From assembly GCA_964293155.1 (NCBI GenBank), contig CAXYYA010000028.1:1-48569 (forward strand): a DNA stretch of 48,569 nt, given 5' to 3'. Source of the DNA: an uncultured Bacteroidales bacterium (GTDB lineage: Bacteria > Bacteroidota > Bacteroidia > Bacteroidales > Dysgonomonadaceae). The position numbers were made by a program, and so were the translations under genes. Every line of letters begins with the position of its first letter. Position 1 is the stretch's first letter. Shown here piece by piece: positions 9,985 to 18,455 of the stretch. Under the pieces are notes generated by a model that saw nothing but the letters and a program-made list of their open reading frames with translations, was not told the DNA's origin and did no database searches.

Positions 9985-11580
9985 TTAGCTACTGCACACC
10001 TGCAAAGCGGCCGGAACAATATCAATGGTTACGGGAGTTGTGCCGCTGATCTCACCGTCAATTACCAGTTTCTGCGTCGGGTGTGTATCTAACTCCACGT
10101 GTTTCCCCTGAAAATGCTTCACGAATTCGCTACCTTCGGTAGGTTTGTCTTTGAGCAACTGCACCAATGTTTCGGCGGCATTTGCTTCGTTTTCCACGTT
10201 CACGATTACCGTCACGTCCAGCAGCCCGTCGTCCGGTAACGGTTCAGAACCTCCCTGTGCAAAAATGGATGTTTTAGGTGCAGTGTTTGCGATTGTTACG
10301 CTTCCGGTTTGAAACGTGTAGGTTTGATCATCAACTTTTAACGTTGCTTCAAAAATATCTTCTTTTTTAATGTGTTTTATTCCTCCGAGAATGTATCCGA
10401 AAGCGCCCCATTCGTCTTTTAAGCCGTCTTCGGCTTCTTCGGTCATTCCGCGCTCCAAACCTGCGCCTGCAAGCAAAACCATGTAAGAGTCGTTTATTTT
10501 CGCTATATCAATTTTGCGCGTTTTTCCCGAAGTGATCACGGCGCACGCCGTTTCAATGGGTTTCAACCGGATGCCATCGCCGTACAACATGGAAGCCAGG
10601 GCGTTGCTCGTCCCGAACGGAATTATTCCCATTACTGCGTCGGTATTTACCAAGGCTTGAGCCACCTGTGTTACGGTACCGTCGCCTCCGGCGGCAACCA
10701 CAAATTGCTTCCCTTCATTCACCAATTGTTGGGCAATGTCTTTAGCCTGATTTTGCTCTGTAGCTTCATGGAACGTGAGTTCGAAAAAGCTTTTCAACAG
10801 TTCGTTGACTTTATCCAGTTTTTCTTCTTTGGCTGTTCCTGCTGCTGCATTATAGATGATATGCAGTTCATCGGATTTCTTTTCCATGGATATCCCGAAG
10901 CTGTTCAGACTGGCGAATTGTCGTGTATTCGGCTTAACGTTCGGCCTGACTTTCCGGACTTCGTCAATCAAATCCTGATACGAACGCGACGGGTCCAGAA
11001 ATTTGAGATACGCCAAAAGTACGGTCACCGACCGACCTTGTCCCAATGCGCAGTGGATCAAAACTTCTTTTCCGTCTTTTCGTTGCTGATCAATCCATCT
11101 GACAGCCATTTCCAATTGGTTTTTCCGGGGACTATTGTGATCCATTACCGGGATGTTCAGATATTCTACATCACGTCCTAAAAATTGTGTTTCAATGGCA
11201 TCGAATTCAGCCGTAACGTCCAGTATGGCATTGATAGGACTCTCTTTGAGCGATTTCAGATCGGTGAACACCAACCGTCTGCTCAACCATAATCCGTCAC
11301 GGATTTCCTGCAATGGTGGCACATTGTCTCTTGATCGGGCGATCAGATTAAAAATGGTGGCGCCCAGCAAAACCGGAAATATGGCAATTTTTATGTAAAA
11401 CGGTAGTCGCCCGCCCTTGCTTTTAAAAAGCATTTCGCCGAAGTCGGCGAAATAAGCGATCGCGTAATAAAGCGATGAGAGCGATATCCAGATTAAAATG
11501 ATCTGTAGGATAAGAGGAGTGAAAAAACTAAGTACGGCAACAAGTACCGAAAAAATCAGGTAGATGTATCCTCTGTTCAT
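9985..11580 (-). CDS. Membrane-anchored fusion of a dual-specificity (Cys-X5-Arg) phosphatase domain and a diacylglycerol/lipid kinase catalytic domain
   Basis: 531 aa with N-terminal TM helices. Phosphatase P-loop VLIHCALGQGRSV. DAGK_cat-type motifs VVAAGGDGTVTQVAQAL and GIIPFGTSNALA. Confidence 0.75.
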   Translation of the reverse strand: MNRGYIYLIFSVLVAVLSFFTPLILQIILIWISLSSLYYAIAYFADFGEMLFKSKGGRLPFYIKIAIFPVLLGATIFNLIARSRDNVPPLQEIRDGLWLSRRLVFTDLKSLKESPINAILDVTAEFDAIETQFLGRDVEYLNIPVMDHNSPRKNQLEMAVRWIDQQRKDGKEVLIHCALGQGRSVTVLLAYLKFLDPSRSYQDLIDEVRKVRPNVKPNTRQFASLNSFGISMEKKSDELHIIYNAAAGTAKEEKLDKVNELLKSFFELTFHEATEQNQAKDIAQQLVNEGKQFVVAAGGDGTVTQVAQALVNTDAVMGIIPFGTSNALASMLYGDGIRLKPIETACAVITSGKTRKIDIAKINDSYMVLLAGAGLERGMTEEAEDGLKDEWGAFGYILGGIKHIKKEDIFEATLKVDDQTYTFQTGSVTIANTAPKTSIFAQGGSEPLPDDGLLDVTVIVNVENEANAAETLVQLLKDKPTEGSEFVKHFQGKHVELDTHPTQKLVIDGEISGTTPVTIDIVPAALQVCSS

Positions 11581-11685
11581 AGGATTAGCGATTGTATTTA
11601 TTTGAACTATAACAAAGTAAATTTAAAGAATAAACATTTTTAACACGGGCAAAGTTCAGAGAGTAAAGTTGTTTTTAAGTACGAA

Positions 11686-11722
11686 ACAAAAAGCGCATCG
11701 CAATATTTTGCGACGCGCTTTT
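11686..11722 (-). terminator. Intrinsic terminator after the phoH-like gene (usable in both directions)
   Basis: Stem AGCGCATCGCAA / TTGCGACGCGCT with one mismatch and loop TATT. Flanked by an A-run and a T-run. Confidence 0.7.
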
Positions 11723-11761
11723 TGTCTTATGTCTTATGTCTTTGTTCTTTGTTCTAACTGT

Positions 11762-13153
11762 TTACAACAGATTACTTGCCAGTTCAGAAAGCTCGCTCCG
11801 TTCACCTTTCACGAGGTTTACGTGCGCGAAAATATTTTGTCCCTTCATCTTATCAATCATATACGCAAGGCCGTTGGATTGCGAATCGAGGTAAGGTTGG
11901 TCAATTTGTTGCAGGTCGCCCGTGAACACCATTTTTGTGCCTTCGCCTGCGCGGGTGATAATGGTTTTCACTTCGTGAGGGGTGAGGTTCTGAGCTTCGT
12001 CTATAATGCAAAACGTTTCCGTGAGGCTACGGCCGCGGATGTAAGCCAAGGCTTCGATTTCCAGTTGTCCCGATTTTTGCATTTCTTCAATTACGCGCAA
12101 ATCGCCGCTGTTGGTTCCAAGTTGCGATTTGATCACGTTCAGGTTATCGAAAAGCGGTTGCATGTAAGGCGCGATTTTCTGTTTTTCGTCGCCGGGCAGG
12201 AATCCCAGGTCTTTGTTGGACAATGATACAATGGGGCGCGCAAGCAGTATCTGATGATACAGTTTGTTTTGTTTGAGCGCCGATGCCAGCGCCAAAAGGG
12301 TTTTTCCGGTTCCGGCTTTTCCGGTGAGCCCCACGAGTTTCACTTCGGGATCGTTCAACACCTTAAAAGCAAAAGCTTGTTCGGCGTTTCGCGGATGGAT
12401 GCCGAAATTGTTGTCTTTATCAACCTTTTCAACCGTTTTGGTGAACGGATTGTAGCGTGCCAATACGCTGTTGCGGTCGCTTTTAAGTATAAAACACTGG
12501 TTTGGCGCAATTTCCGTTTGAAAATTGAATTCGTCGAAATCCACCCCTTTTTGCTGTGCATAGATCTGATCAATCAAATCGGGATTCACACCCTCAATAA
12601 CGAGCTCTTCCTGTTCAAATATGTCAATGTTGGTAACTTTGTCAGTGATATAATCTTCGGCCAGCAATCCGAGCGAGCGCGCTTTCATGCGCAGGTTAAT
12701 ATCTTTGGATACTAAAATGGCTTTGGTTTTCGGATATTTTTCCGTGATGCTTTGCAAGGTGGACAGTATGCGATTATCAGGGACTCTTTCGGGGAAAGCT
12801 TGCGTAATTTTCGGATTATCAGGAATATTAACAATGTATAATTTTCCGCGTCCGACACCGAGTTCGGCTCCGTTGGTAAACAGATCATCGTCTGTTATCA
12901 GGTCCAGTTCCCGCACAAATGCGCGAGCATTAAAATTTATTTGTTCGTTGCCTTTTTTAAATTTATCCAATTCTTCCAATACCACAAAAGGAATATAAAC
13001 ATCGTTCTCTTCAAAATTATCCAAACACTTGTAGTCGTGCAGGATAACGTTGGTGTCGAGAATGAAATTCTTTTTGGGATTCCGTGAAGTTGATTTAGTC
13101 TTTACGGTTGACTTTTCGGTTGTAGCTTTCGTAGTCTTACCAGTTGTTGCCAT
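11762..13153 (-). CDS. PhoH2-type protein (N-terminal PIN domain fused to a PhoH ATPase)
   Basis: 463 aa. PIN start ILDTNVILHD. Walker A GKAGTGKT. Walker B IIDEAQN. Confidence 0.9.
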   Translation of the reverse strand: MATTGKTTKATTEKSTVKTKSTSRNPKKNFILDTNVILHDYKCLDNFEENDVYIPFVVLEELDKFKKGNEQINFNARAFVRELDLITDDDLFTNGAELGVGRGKLYIVNIPDNPKITQAFPERVPDNRILSTLQSITEKYPKTKAILVSKDINLRMKARSLGLLAEDYITDKVTNIDIFEQEELVIEGVNPDLIDQIYAQQKGVDFDEFNFQTEIAPNQCFILKSDRNSVLARYNPFTKTVEKVDKDNNFGIHPRNAEQAFAFKVLNDPEVKLVGLTGKAGTGKTLLALASALKQNKLYHQILLARPIVSLSNKDLGFLPGDEKQKIAPYMQPLFDNLNVIKSQLGTNSGDLRVIEEMQKSGQLEIEALAYIRGRSLTETFCIIDEAQNLTPHEVKTIITRAGEGTKMVFTGDLQQIDQPYLDSQSNGLAYMIDKMKGQNIFAHVNLVKGERSELSELASNLL

Positions 13154-13263
13154 GTTTCGTTGCGTTTAAAGTTTTTGTACGTTTTTTCATTTCAATAAAA
13201 ACGTAAATATACTAAGAATGTTTACACGAAACGCATTTATTTCGTTTTTTGATGCGTCGTTCC

Positions 13264-13290
13264 ACAAAAAAAGCGCCATTGGCGCTCTTT
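13264..13290 (-). terminator. Intrinsic terminator after the small lipoprotein gene
   Basis: Stem AGCGCC-ATT-GGCGCT flanked by an A-run, which reads as a T-run on the minus strand. Confidence 0.7.
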
Positions 13291-13312
13291 ATTTTCCGAT
13301 CATTATCTTCCG

Positions 13313-13720
13313 TTATGTGAAAGTGATTTCCTGAAGCCCAAGGTCGCCAATTGTCATTTTAAGCACCAGTTGGGTTAATGAGACCGAAACCACTTCGTAT
13401 CGCGTAACAATGGCCCCGTTTTTCAGGGTAAGCAATTTTCCGTCGGTTGATAATTGCCATTCTCCGCTTTGGTTGGTTTCTGCGAAACAAATATCGGAGC
13501 CAACGTTGATGGTGTAGGTGCCATCCGCTTTAAAATCCCAGACATCGTCTTTCTGACAATCCAACAGGTCAATCGGCGCTTGCGAAGTCATTTTCCAGTT
13601 TTTTACCATCATAGCCGCTTTCGTGAGGTCGCCCTGTATTTCCTCTTTCGAGCAGGACGAAACCAATATTCCGATGAGGCTGGTTAGCAGGAAAAGCGCT
13701 AAATAATTCAATTTTTTCAC
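13313..13720 (-). CDS. Small lipoprotein of unknown function
   Basis: 135 aa. Signal peptide with lipobox LVSSCS. GTG start according to the track. Confidence 0.6.
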   Translation of the reverse strand: MKKLNYLALFLLTSLIGILVSSCSKEEIQGDLTKAAMMVKNWKMTSQAPIDLLDCQKDDVWDFKADGTYTINVGSDICFAETNQSGEWQLSTDGKLLTLKNGAIVTRYEVVSVSLTQLVLKMTIGDLGLQEITFT

Positions 13721-13916
13721 AAGGATTACTTTTTTTGATTAATAAGTATAAAAATAGAAGTTGTGAACTTCAAAAACAGTTTCTTTTTAATATAAACGCG
13801 TGAAGCTTTGTGAATGTTAATGCTTTAAACATACTTTACGATAACATCTCGTTTTTTTGCGTTTACTAACGCTTTGTCGGTTTCTTTCACATCATTCCTT
13901 GTTTTCAGGATAAAGT

Positions 13917-13950
13917 TTTGAGCAGAACAATACAAAAAGTATTATCTTTG
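13917..13950 (+). promoter_or_regulatory. Candidate primary-sigma promoter for dcp (-33 TTTG, -7 TAtcTTTG)
   Basis: TTTG at 13917..13920, then 22 nt, then TATCTTTG at 13943..13950. This lies inside the track ORF that starts at 13918, so it supports ATG 13981 as the real start. Confidence 0.5.
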
Positions 13951-13980
13951 TCATCATTTTTGACTTTAAATAAAACGTTT

Positions 13981-16074
13981 ATGAAGAAAATCTTATTAGC
14001 AATTTGTTTTATGACAGCAATCACAGCTCTCCACGCGGAAGAGAATCCGTTTTTTAAACCGTACGCCACGCCTCACGAAACGCCACCGTTCGATAAAATT
14101 AAAACCGGACATTTTGAACCGGCTTTCGATAAGGCGATACAGGAACACGAACGTCAAATTGATGCTATCGCAAACAACGCCCAGGCGCCTACTTTCGCGA
14201 ACACTATTTTGGCTATGGAGTATTCCGGCGAATTGTTGAACAAAGTGAGCAGCGTGTTTTTCAATCTGTTAAGTGCCGAGAGCAACGATGAGATGATGGA
14301 AATATCGCAACGCTTGAGCCCGAAACTTTCGGAACACGGCAACAACATCAACCTCAACGAAAAACTTTTCAACCGAGTGAAAGCGGTTTATGATGTCCGC
14401 AACACATCGGGACTTACGCCGGAGCAGATCCGCTTGGTGGAAAAATATTATCAGGGGTTTGAAGACAGCGGCGCTACGCTTTCTCCCGAAGACAAAGCGA
14501 AATACAGGAAATTATCAGCGGAGTTGAGCCTGGCATCGTTGGAATTCGGGCAAAACAGTTTGAAAGAGACCAATAAGTACGAGATGCTGCTTACCGATAA
14601 AGCCGATCTTGCCGGACTTCCCGAAAGCGTGCTGGACGCCGCTGCGGCCAAAGCCAAATCGAAAGGAAAGGAAGGCTGGATGTTCGATTTGTCTGCGCCC
14701 AGTTACATCGGTTTTATGAAGTACTCATCGCGTCGCGATCTGCGCGAAAAACTCTACATGGCCTACAATACCAAAAGTGTGATGGGTGGCGAGTTCGATA
14801 ACCAACAGAACGTGGAAAAGATCGTTAACCTGCGGTTACAGATCGCTAACCTGCTCGGATACAAAACGTATGCCGATTATGCGCTGAAATACCGCATGGC
14901 AAAAAATCCCGGTGGCGTTTACAACCTGCTCAACGATCTGGCAAAAGCCTATGGCCCCGTTGCCGCAAAAGAATTCAACGATGTGCAGGCTTACGCCTCC
15001 GAAATGGAGGGAAAACCGGTTGATATTCAGCCGTGGGACTGGAGTTATTATTCCGATAAACTGAAAGACGAACGTTTTAGCGTGAACGATGAACTGGTTC
15101 GCCCGTATTTCGAGTTGGAACGTGTGAAAAAAGGCGTTTTCGGACTGGCTACCGACCTTTACGGTTTAACGTTTGTGAAAAATCCCGACATCCCCGTTTA
15201 TCATCCCGAAGTGGATGCGTATGACGTGATGGACGAAAACGGCAACTTCCTCGCCGTGCTTTTCACCGACTTCCATCCCCGCGATGGCAAGCGCGCCGGC
15301 GCCTGGATGACGGAGTATAAAAGCCAGTGGGTGAGAGACGGAAAAGACAGCCGTCCGCACGTATCGCTGGTGATGAATTTTACCCGTCCTACCGAAACCA
15401 AACCCGCATTGCTCACTTTCGACGAGGTAGAGACTTTCCTCCACGAGTTTGGACACGCCCTGCACGGAATGCTTTCGCGCGGAAACTACGAATCGCTGAG
15501 CGGAACCAACGTTTACCGCGATTTTGTGGAACTGCCGTCGCAAATCATGGAAAACTGGCTGGTGGAAAAAGATTACCTCGACAAATTTGCCGTGCACTAC
15601 AAAACAGGTGAGAAAATGCCTGCCGAACTGGTTCAAAAGATCATTGACGCGGCCAACTACAACGCCGGTTACCTTTGCCTGCGGCAATTATCGTTCGGCT
15701 ACCTGGATATGGCCTGGCACACGTTAGATAGCCCTTTCGCCGGCGATGTTCGTGCATTCGAGCATGCCGCCATGGATAAGGTGAAAGTGCTTCCGGTGAT
15801 ACCCGAAACCTGCATGTCCACATCGTTCGGACACATTTTCTCGGGCGGATACGCCGCCGGATACTACGGTTATAAGTGGGCGGAAGTGTTGGATGCCGAT
15901 GCATTTTCGGTATTCCGTAAAAACGGTATTTTCGATAAAAAAACGGCCGCATCGTTTCGCCGCAACATTCTTGAAAAAGGCAACTCGCAAGAGCCGATGA
16001 CGCTGTACAAGAATTTCCGCGGGCAGGAGCCTTCCATCGAAGCTTTGCTCCGGAGAAACGGCGTGAAAGAATAA
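13981..16074 (+). CDS. dcp: Peptidyl-dipeptidase Dcp (M3 family zinc metallopeptidase)
   Basis: Zinc motif HEFGHALHG. Signal peptide MKKILLAICFMTAITALHA begins at ATG 13981. The track's upstream TTG start at 13918 is unlikely. Confidence 0.9.
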   Translation: MKKILLAICFMTAITALHAEENPFFKPYATPHETPPFDKIKTGHFEPAFDKAIQEHERQIDAIANNAQAPTFANTILAMEYSGELLNKVSSVFFNLLSAESNDEMMEISQRLSPKLSEHGNNINLNEKLFNRVKAVYDVRNTSGLTPEQIRLVEKYYQGFEDSGATLSPEDKAKYRKLSAELSLASLEFGQNSLKETNKYEMLLTDKADLAGLPESVLDAAAAKAKSKGKEGWMFDLSAPSYIGFMKYSSRRDLREKLYMAYNTKSVMGGEFDNQQNVEKIVNLRLQIANLLGYKTYADYALKYRMAKNPGGVYNLLNDLAKAYGPVAAKEFNDVQAYASEMEGKPVDIQPWDWSYYSDKLKDERFSVNDELVRPYFELERVKKGVFGLATDLYGLTFVKNPDIPVYHPEVDAYDVMDENGNFLAVLFTDFHPRDGKRAGAWMTEYKSQWVRDGKDSRPHVSLVMNFTRPTETKPALLTFDEVETFLHEFGHALHGMLSRGNYESLSGTNVYRDFVELPSQIMENWLVEKDYLDKFAVHYKTGEKMPAELVQKIIDAANYNAGYLCLRQLSFGYLDMAWHTLDSPFAGDVRAFEHAAMDKVKVLPVIPETCMSTSFGHIFSGGYAAGYYGYKWAEVLDADAFSVFRKNGIFDKKTAASFRRNILEKGNSQEPMTLYKNFRGQEPSIEALLRRNGVKE

Positions 16075-16164
16075 TCGTCTTAGCGCGAGCGTCGTGCGGT
16101 TTTGAGCCGCAAGATGCATTCCGGAACGGCAGAAGAATGATAATTTGACAGAAATTGTCCGTAA

Positions 16165-16199
16165 ACGTCCTCAAATATCGGGGGCGTTTTTCTTTTTTA
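16165..16199 (+). terminator. Intrinsic terminator after dcp
   Basis: Seven-bp stem CGTCCTC / GGGGGCG-type with G-U pairs, followed by TTTTTCTTTTTT. Confidence 0.6.
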
Positions 16200-16252
16200 C
16201 GTTTTTTACCGAAAAAAAACAACTAAAAACGTAAGACTTAGTTTTTTATTCC

Positions 16253-16268
16253 TATCTTTGCTGCGCAA
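16253..16268 (+). promoter_or_regulatory. Promoter module P1 of the RRM-protein gene (TATCTTTGCTGCGCAA)
   Basis: Exact TAnnTTTG box followed by CTGCGCAA. The module is repeated at 16342..16356. Confidence 0.45.
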
Positions 16269-16341
16269 AAGTTTTTATAGCAGAATCGTTTTCAAATTTC
16301 TTCTCGCAACGTTAAGCAATTGGTTAACCTCTCTTATACAT

Positions 16342-16356
16342 TATCTTTCTGCGCAA
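16342..16356 (+). promoter_or_regulatory. Promoter module P2 of the RRM-protein gene (TATCTTTCTGCGCAA)
   Basis: Near-consensus -7 box plus the same CTGCGCAA, 31 nt before ATG 16387. Confidence 0.35.
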
Positions 16357-16386
16357 TTTTTAATTTATTTATTTTAATTTTTTTAC

Positions 16387-16704
16387 ATGAACATTTTCGT
16401 TGCAGGCTTGAGCTATCAGATTAGCGATGCCGATTTAAAAGAGCTTTTTGAGGAATATGGAGAAGTATCCTCAGCAAAAATTATTACAGACAGGGAAACG
16501 CGCCGTTCTAAAGGCTATGGCTTTGTAGAAATGGCTGATGAAGACGGACAACGTGCTATTGATGAATTAAACGGAGCAGAATACGACGGACGTACATTAT
16601 CGGTATCCGTGGCTCGTCCACGCGCCGAAGGCGGCGATCGCCCGCGCCACAACAACCGTGGTGGTTACGGAAATCGCGAAAACCGTGACAGAAACAGATA
16701 TTAA
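16387..16704 (+). CDS. RNA-binding protein with a single RRM domain and an Arg/Gly-rich tail
   Basis: 105 aa. RNP-2 IFVAGL, RNP-1 KGYGFVEM, and C-terminal RPRHNNRGGYGNRENRDRNRY. Confidence 0.9.
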   Translation: MNIFVAGLSYQISDADLKELFEEYGEVSSAKIITDRETRRSKGYGFVEMADEDGQRAIDELNGAEYDGRTLSVSVARPRAEGGDRPRHNNRGGYGNRENRDRNRY

Positions 16705-16813
16705 GGAACAAAAACTTCGATAGTATGAAAGACTGCTTCTGAAAATGATGCAGTCTTTTTTTATTGAACTATTTAACAGATCGAGTGTTATTAAACCAAA
16801 TTGCGACGCGCTC

Positions 16814-17509
16814 ATGAGCACTTTTTTACAAATTGAAACAGCTACACCGGTTTGTTCGGCTACCCTTTCAAAAAACGGAGAAATCGTTTACAATAAAGAA
16901 GACTTTACGGGACAATCGCATGCGGTAAAACTCGGCGTGTTTGTGGAAGAAACAATGCAACACGTCCGCCGTGAAGGGCTGCATGTGGATGCCGTTGTGG
17001 TGAGTAGCGGCCCGGGCTCTTATACCGGATTGCGCATTGGCGTGTCCGAAGCAAAAGGCCTCAGCTATGGCCTCGGCGCGCCGCTGATCGCTATCCCCAC
17101 GCCTTTGATCATGGCGCACATGTTGAAAGACGAAGTAGAAGAAGATGCTCTTCTTTGTCCGATGATAGATGCGCGGCGAATGGAAGTCTATGCCACTTTC
17201 TTCGATACTTCGCTGAACGTTGTTCGCCCCACAGCCGCCGATATTGTAACGGAAAACAGCTATTCCGACCTGTTGGAAAACCATCGCGTGGTGTTTTTCG
17301 GTAACGGAGCCGATAAGTGTAAAACGATGATCACACATCCCAACGCCCGATTTTTACCGGATGTTTATCCGCTCGCTTCGGCCATGACGGCGCTCGCCGA
17401 AAAATCTTTCACAGAAAAAGATTTCGTGGACACGGCTTATTTTGAACCTTTTTACTTAAAAGAATTTGTGGCCACCGTGCCGAAAAATAAAGTATTGTCT
17501 AATATATAA
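16814..17509 (+). CDS. tsaB: tRNA threonylcarbamoyladenosine biosynthesis protein TsaB
   Basis: Motifs LQIETATPVCS and SSGPGSYTGLRIG. ATG 16814 is preferred over the track start 16745. Confidence 0.85.
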   Translation: MSTFLQIETATPVCSATLSKNGEIVYNKEDFTGQSHAVKLGVFVEETMQHVRREGLHVDAVVVSSGPGSYTGLRIGVSEAKGLSYGLGAPLIAIPTPLIMAHMLKDEVEEDALLCPMIDARRMEVYATFFDTSLNVVRPTAADIVTENSYSDLLENHRVVFFGNGADKCKTMITHPNARFLPDVYPLASAMTALAEKSFTEKDFVDTAYFEPFYLKEFVATVPKNKVLSNI

Positions 17510-17520
17510 ATTAATTGATT

Positions 17521-17703
17521 ATGAGCGATTTTAAAATTAAAGTTCAGCCCAACGGCCCGCTTATCGTGACCGGAAAATTCAAATTGGAATTACAAAACGG
17601 AACAGTTGAAGAAAAAGAAACGGCCACGCTTTGTCGTTGTGGACATTCGCAGAATAAACCTTTTTGCGACGGATCGCACCGGAAAGTTGGTTTTGAAGGG
17701 TAG
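17521..17703 (+). CDS. CDGSH iron-sulfur domain protein
   Basis: CRCGHSQNKPFCDGSH matches the CDGSH 2Fe-2S motif. ATG 17521 is preferred over TTG 17515. Confidence 0.85.
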   Translation: MSDFKIKVQPNGPLIVTGKFKLELQNGTVEEKETATLCRCGHSQNKPFCDGSHRKVGFEG

Positions 17704-17744
17704 AGGGAAAAGGTCTGTACAACATTTGTTATAAAATTATTTTT

Positions 17745-17960
17745 ATGATTATCCGCAAAGTGTCCTAATATCAATTGCCACGGCTTTCAAGCCGTGGAAG
17801 GTATGAATTTAATTAAATTGGCTTTAGCCGAAATTTATGTAAACTTCCCGATTGCGGAATAAGTTGGGCTAAAGCCCATCTCATAGATACATCTAATTAT
17901 CCACGCCATAAATGGCGTGGCAATTGACACGGTTAATTAGGAAGGTTTGCGGATAATCAT
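17745..17960 (+). mobile_element. MITE-like element, family A, copy 2
   Basis: Same TIRs (ATGATTATCCGCAAAGTGTCCTAA ... TTTGCGGATAATCAT). Same architecture with perfect 9-bp hairpins CCACGGCTT-TC-AAGCCGTGG and CCACGCCAT-AA-ATGGCGTGG. Confidence 0.7.
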
Positions 17961-18239
17961 TATTATTTTAAACGCTAAGACGCCAAGCCGCTACGTTATT
18001 TTCTCATTTAAAAGAAAGCCTGTCTCTCAGATTATTAGTGAGGTGAAAAATAACTCTTTGCGCCTTCCCGTCTTTGCGCCTTTGCGTACATAAAACGCTT
18101 TTATATGCTGATGTGCGTTATTTTTTGATGAAATGTTGTTAGCGATGTAGTCCCTATAATTATCGGATCACTTCAAACAATGATAAATTGAAAAGATTAT
18201 CATGATTTTGATACAACTTCTTCAATTAACCATAAACTT

Positions 18240-18451
18240 AGAAACTGTTTTGAATTTTTTCTGACGATGTTTTTTATTCATTTTTTGATGGATTTGGATT
18301 CCTGCCTGCGGCAGGCGGGTTCGTTACGAATCAAATAGCGGGCTATTTGGAAGAAAGGAAAATTCAAAGACGCAAAAAAGGGCAAAAAACAGTCTGAAAG
18401 AATCAGAAAAATAGTTAAAAAACAAGATTCGTAAAATTCAAAACAGTTTCT
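18240..18451. repeat. Segment bounded by an 18-19 bp perfect inverted repeat directly upstream of the GH20-like gene
   Basis: GAAACTGTTTTGAATTTT (18241..18258) and AAAATTCAAAACAGTTTC (18433..18450). The interior contains the hairpin CCTGCCTGCGGCAGGCGGG. Confidence 0.5.
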
Positions 18452-18455
18452 TACA

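Noticed and set aside
11722-11755. Short tandem run TGTCTTATGTCTTATGTCTTTGTTCTTTGTTC after the phoH-like gene
   Set aside because: It is only two or three imperfect 7-8 nt units next to a terminator tail, which is too short and degenerate to interpret.
13918-13980. Track start of the dcp ORF at 13918, and likewise upstream starts for tsaB (16745), folD (21641), the fimbrillin-like gene (38321) and the CDGSH gene (17515)
   Set aside because: Downstream ATG codons begin proper signal peptides or conserved N-termini. For dcp and the fimbrillin-like gene, consensus promoter boxes fall inside the extended frames.
15166-16222. Long minus-strand ORFs (173, 193 and 131 aa) antisense to dcp and its 3' flank
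   Set aside because: The dcp frame carries the HEFGH motif and full-length M3 similarity. The antisense products are Arg-rich and lack motifs.
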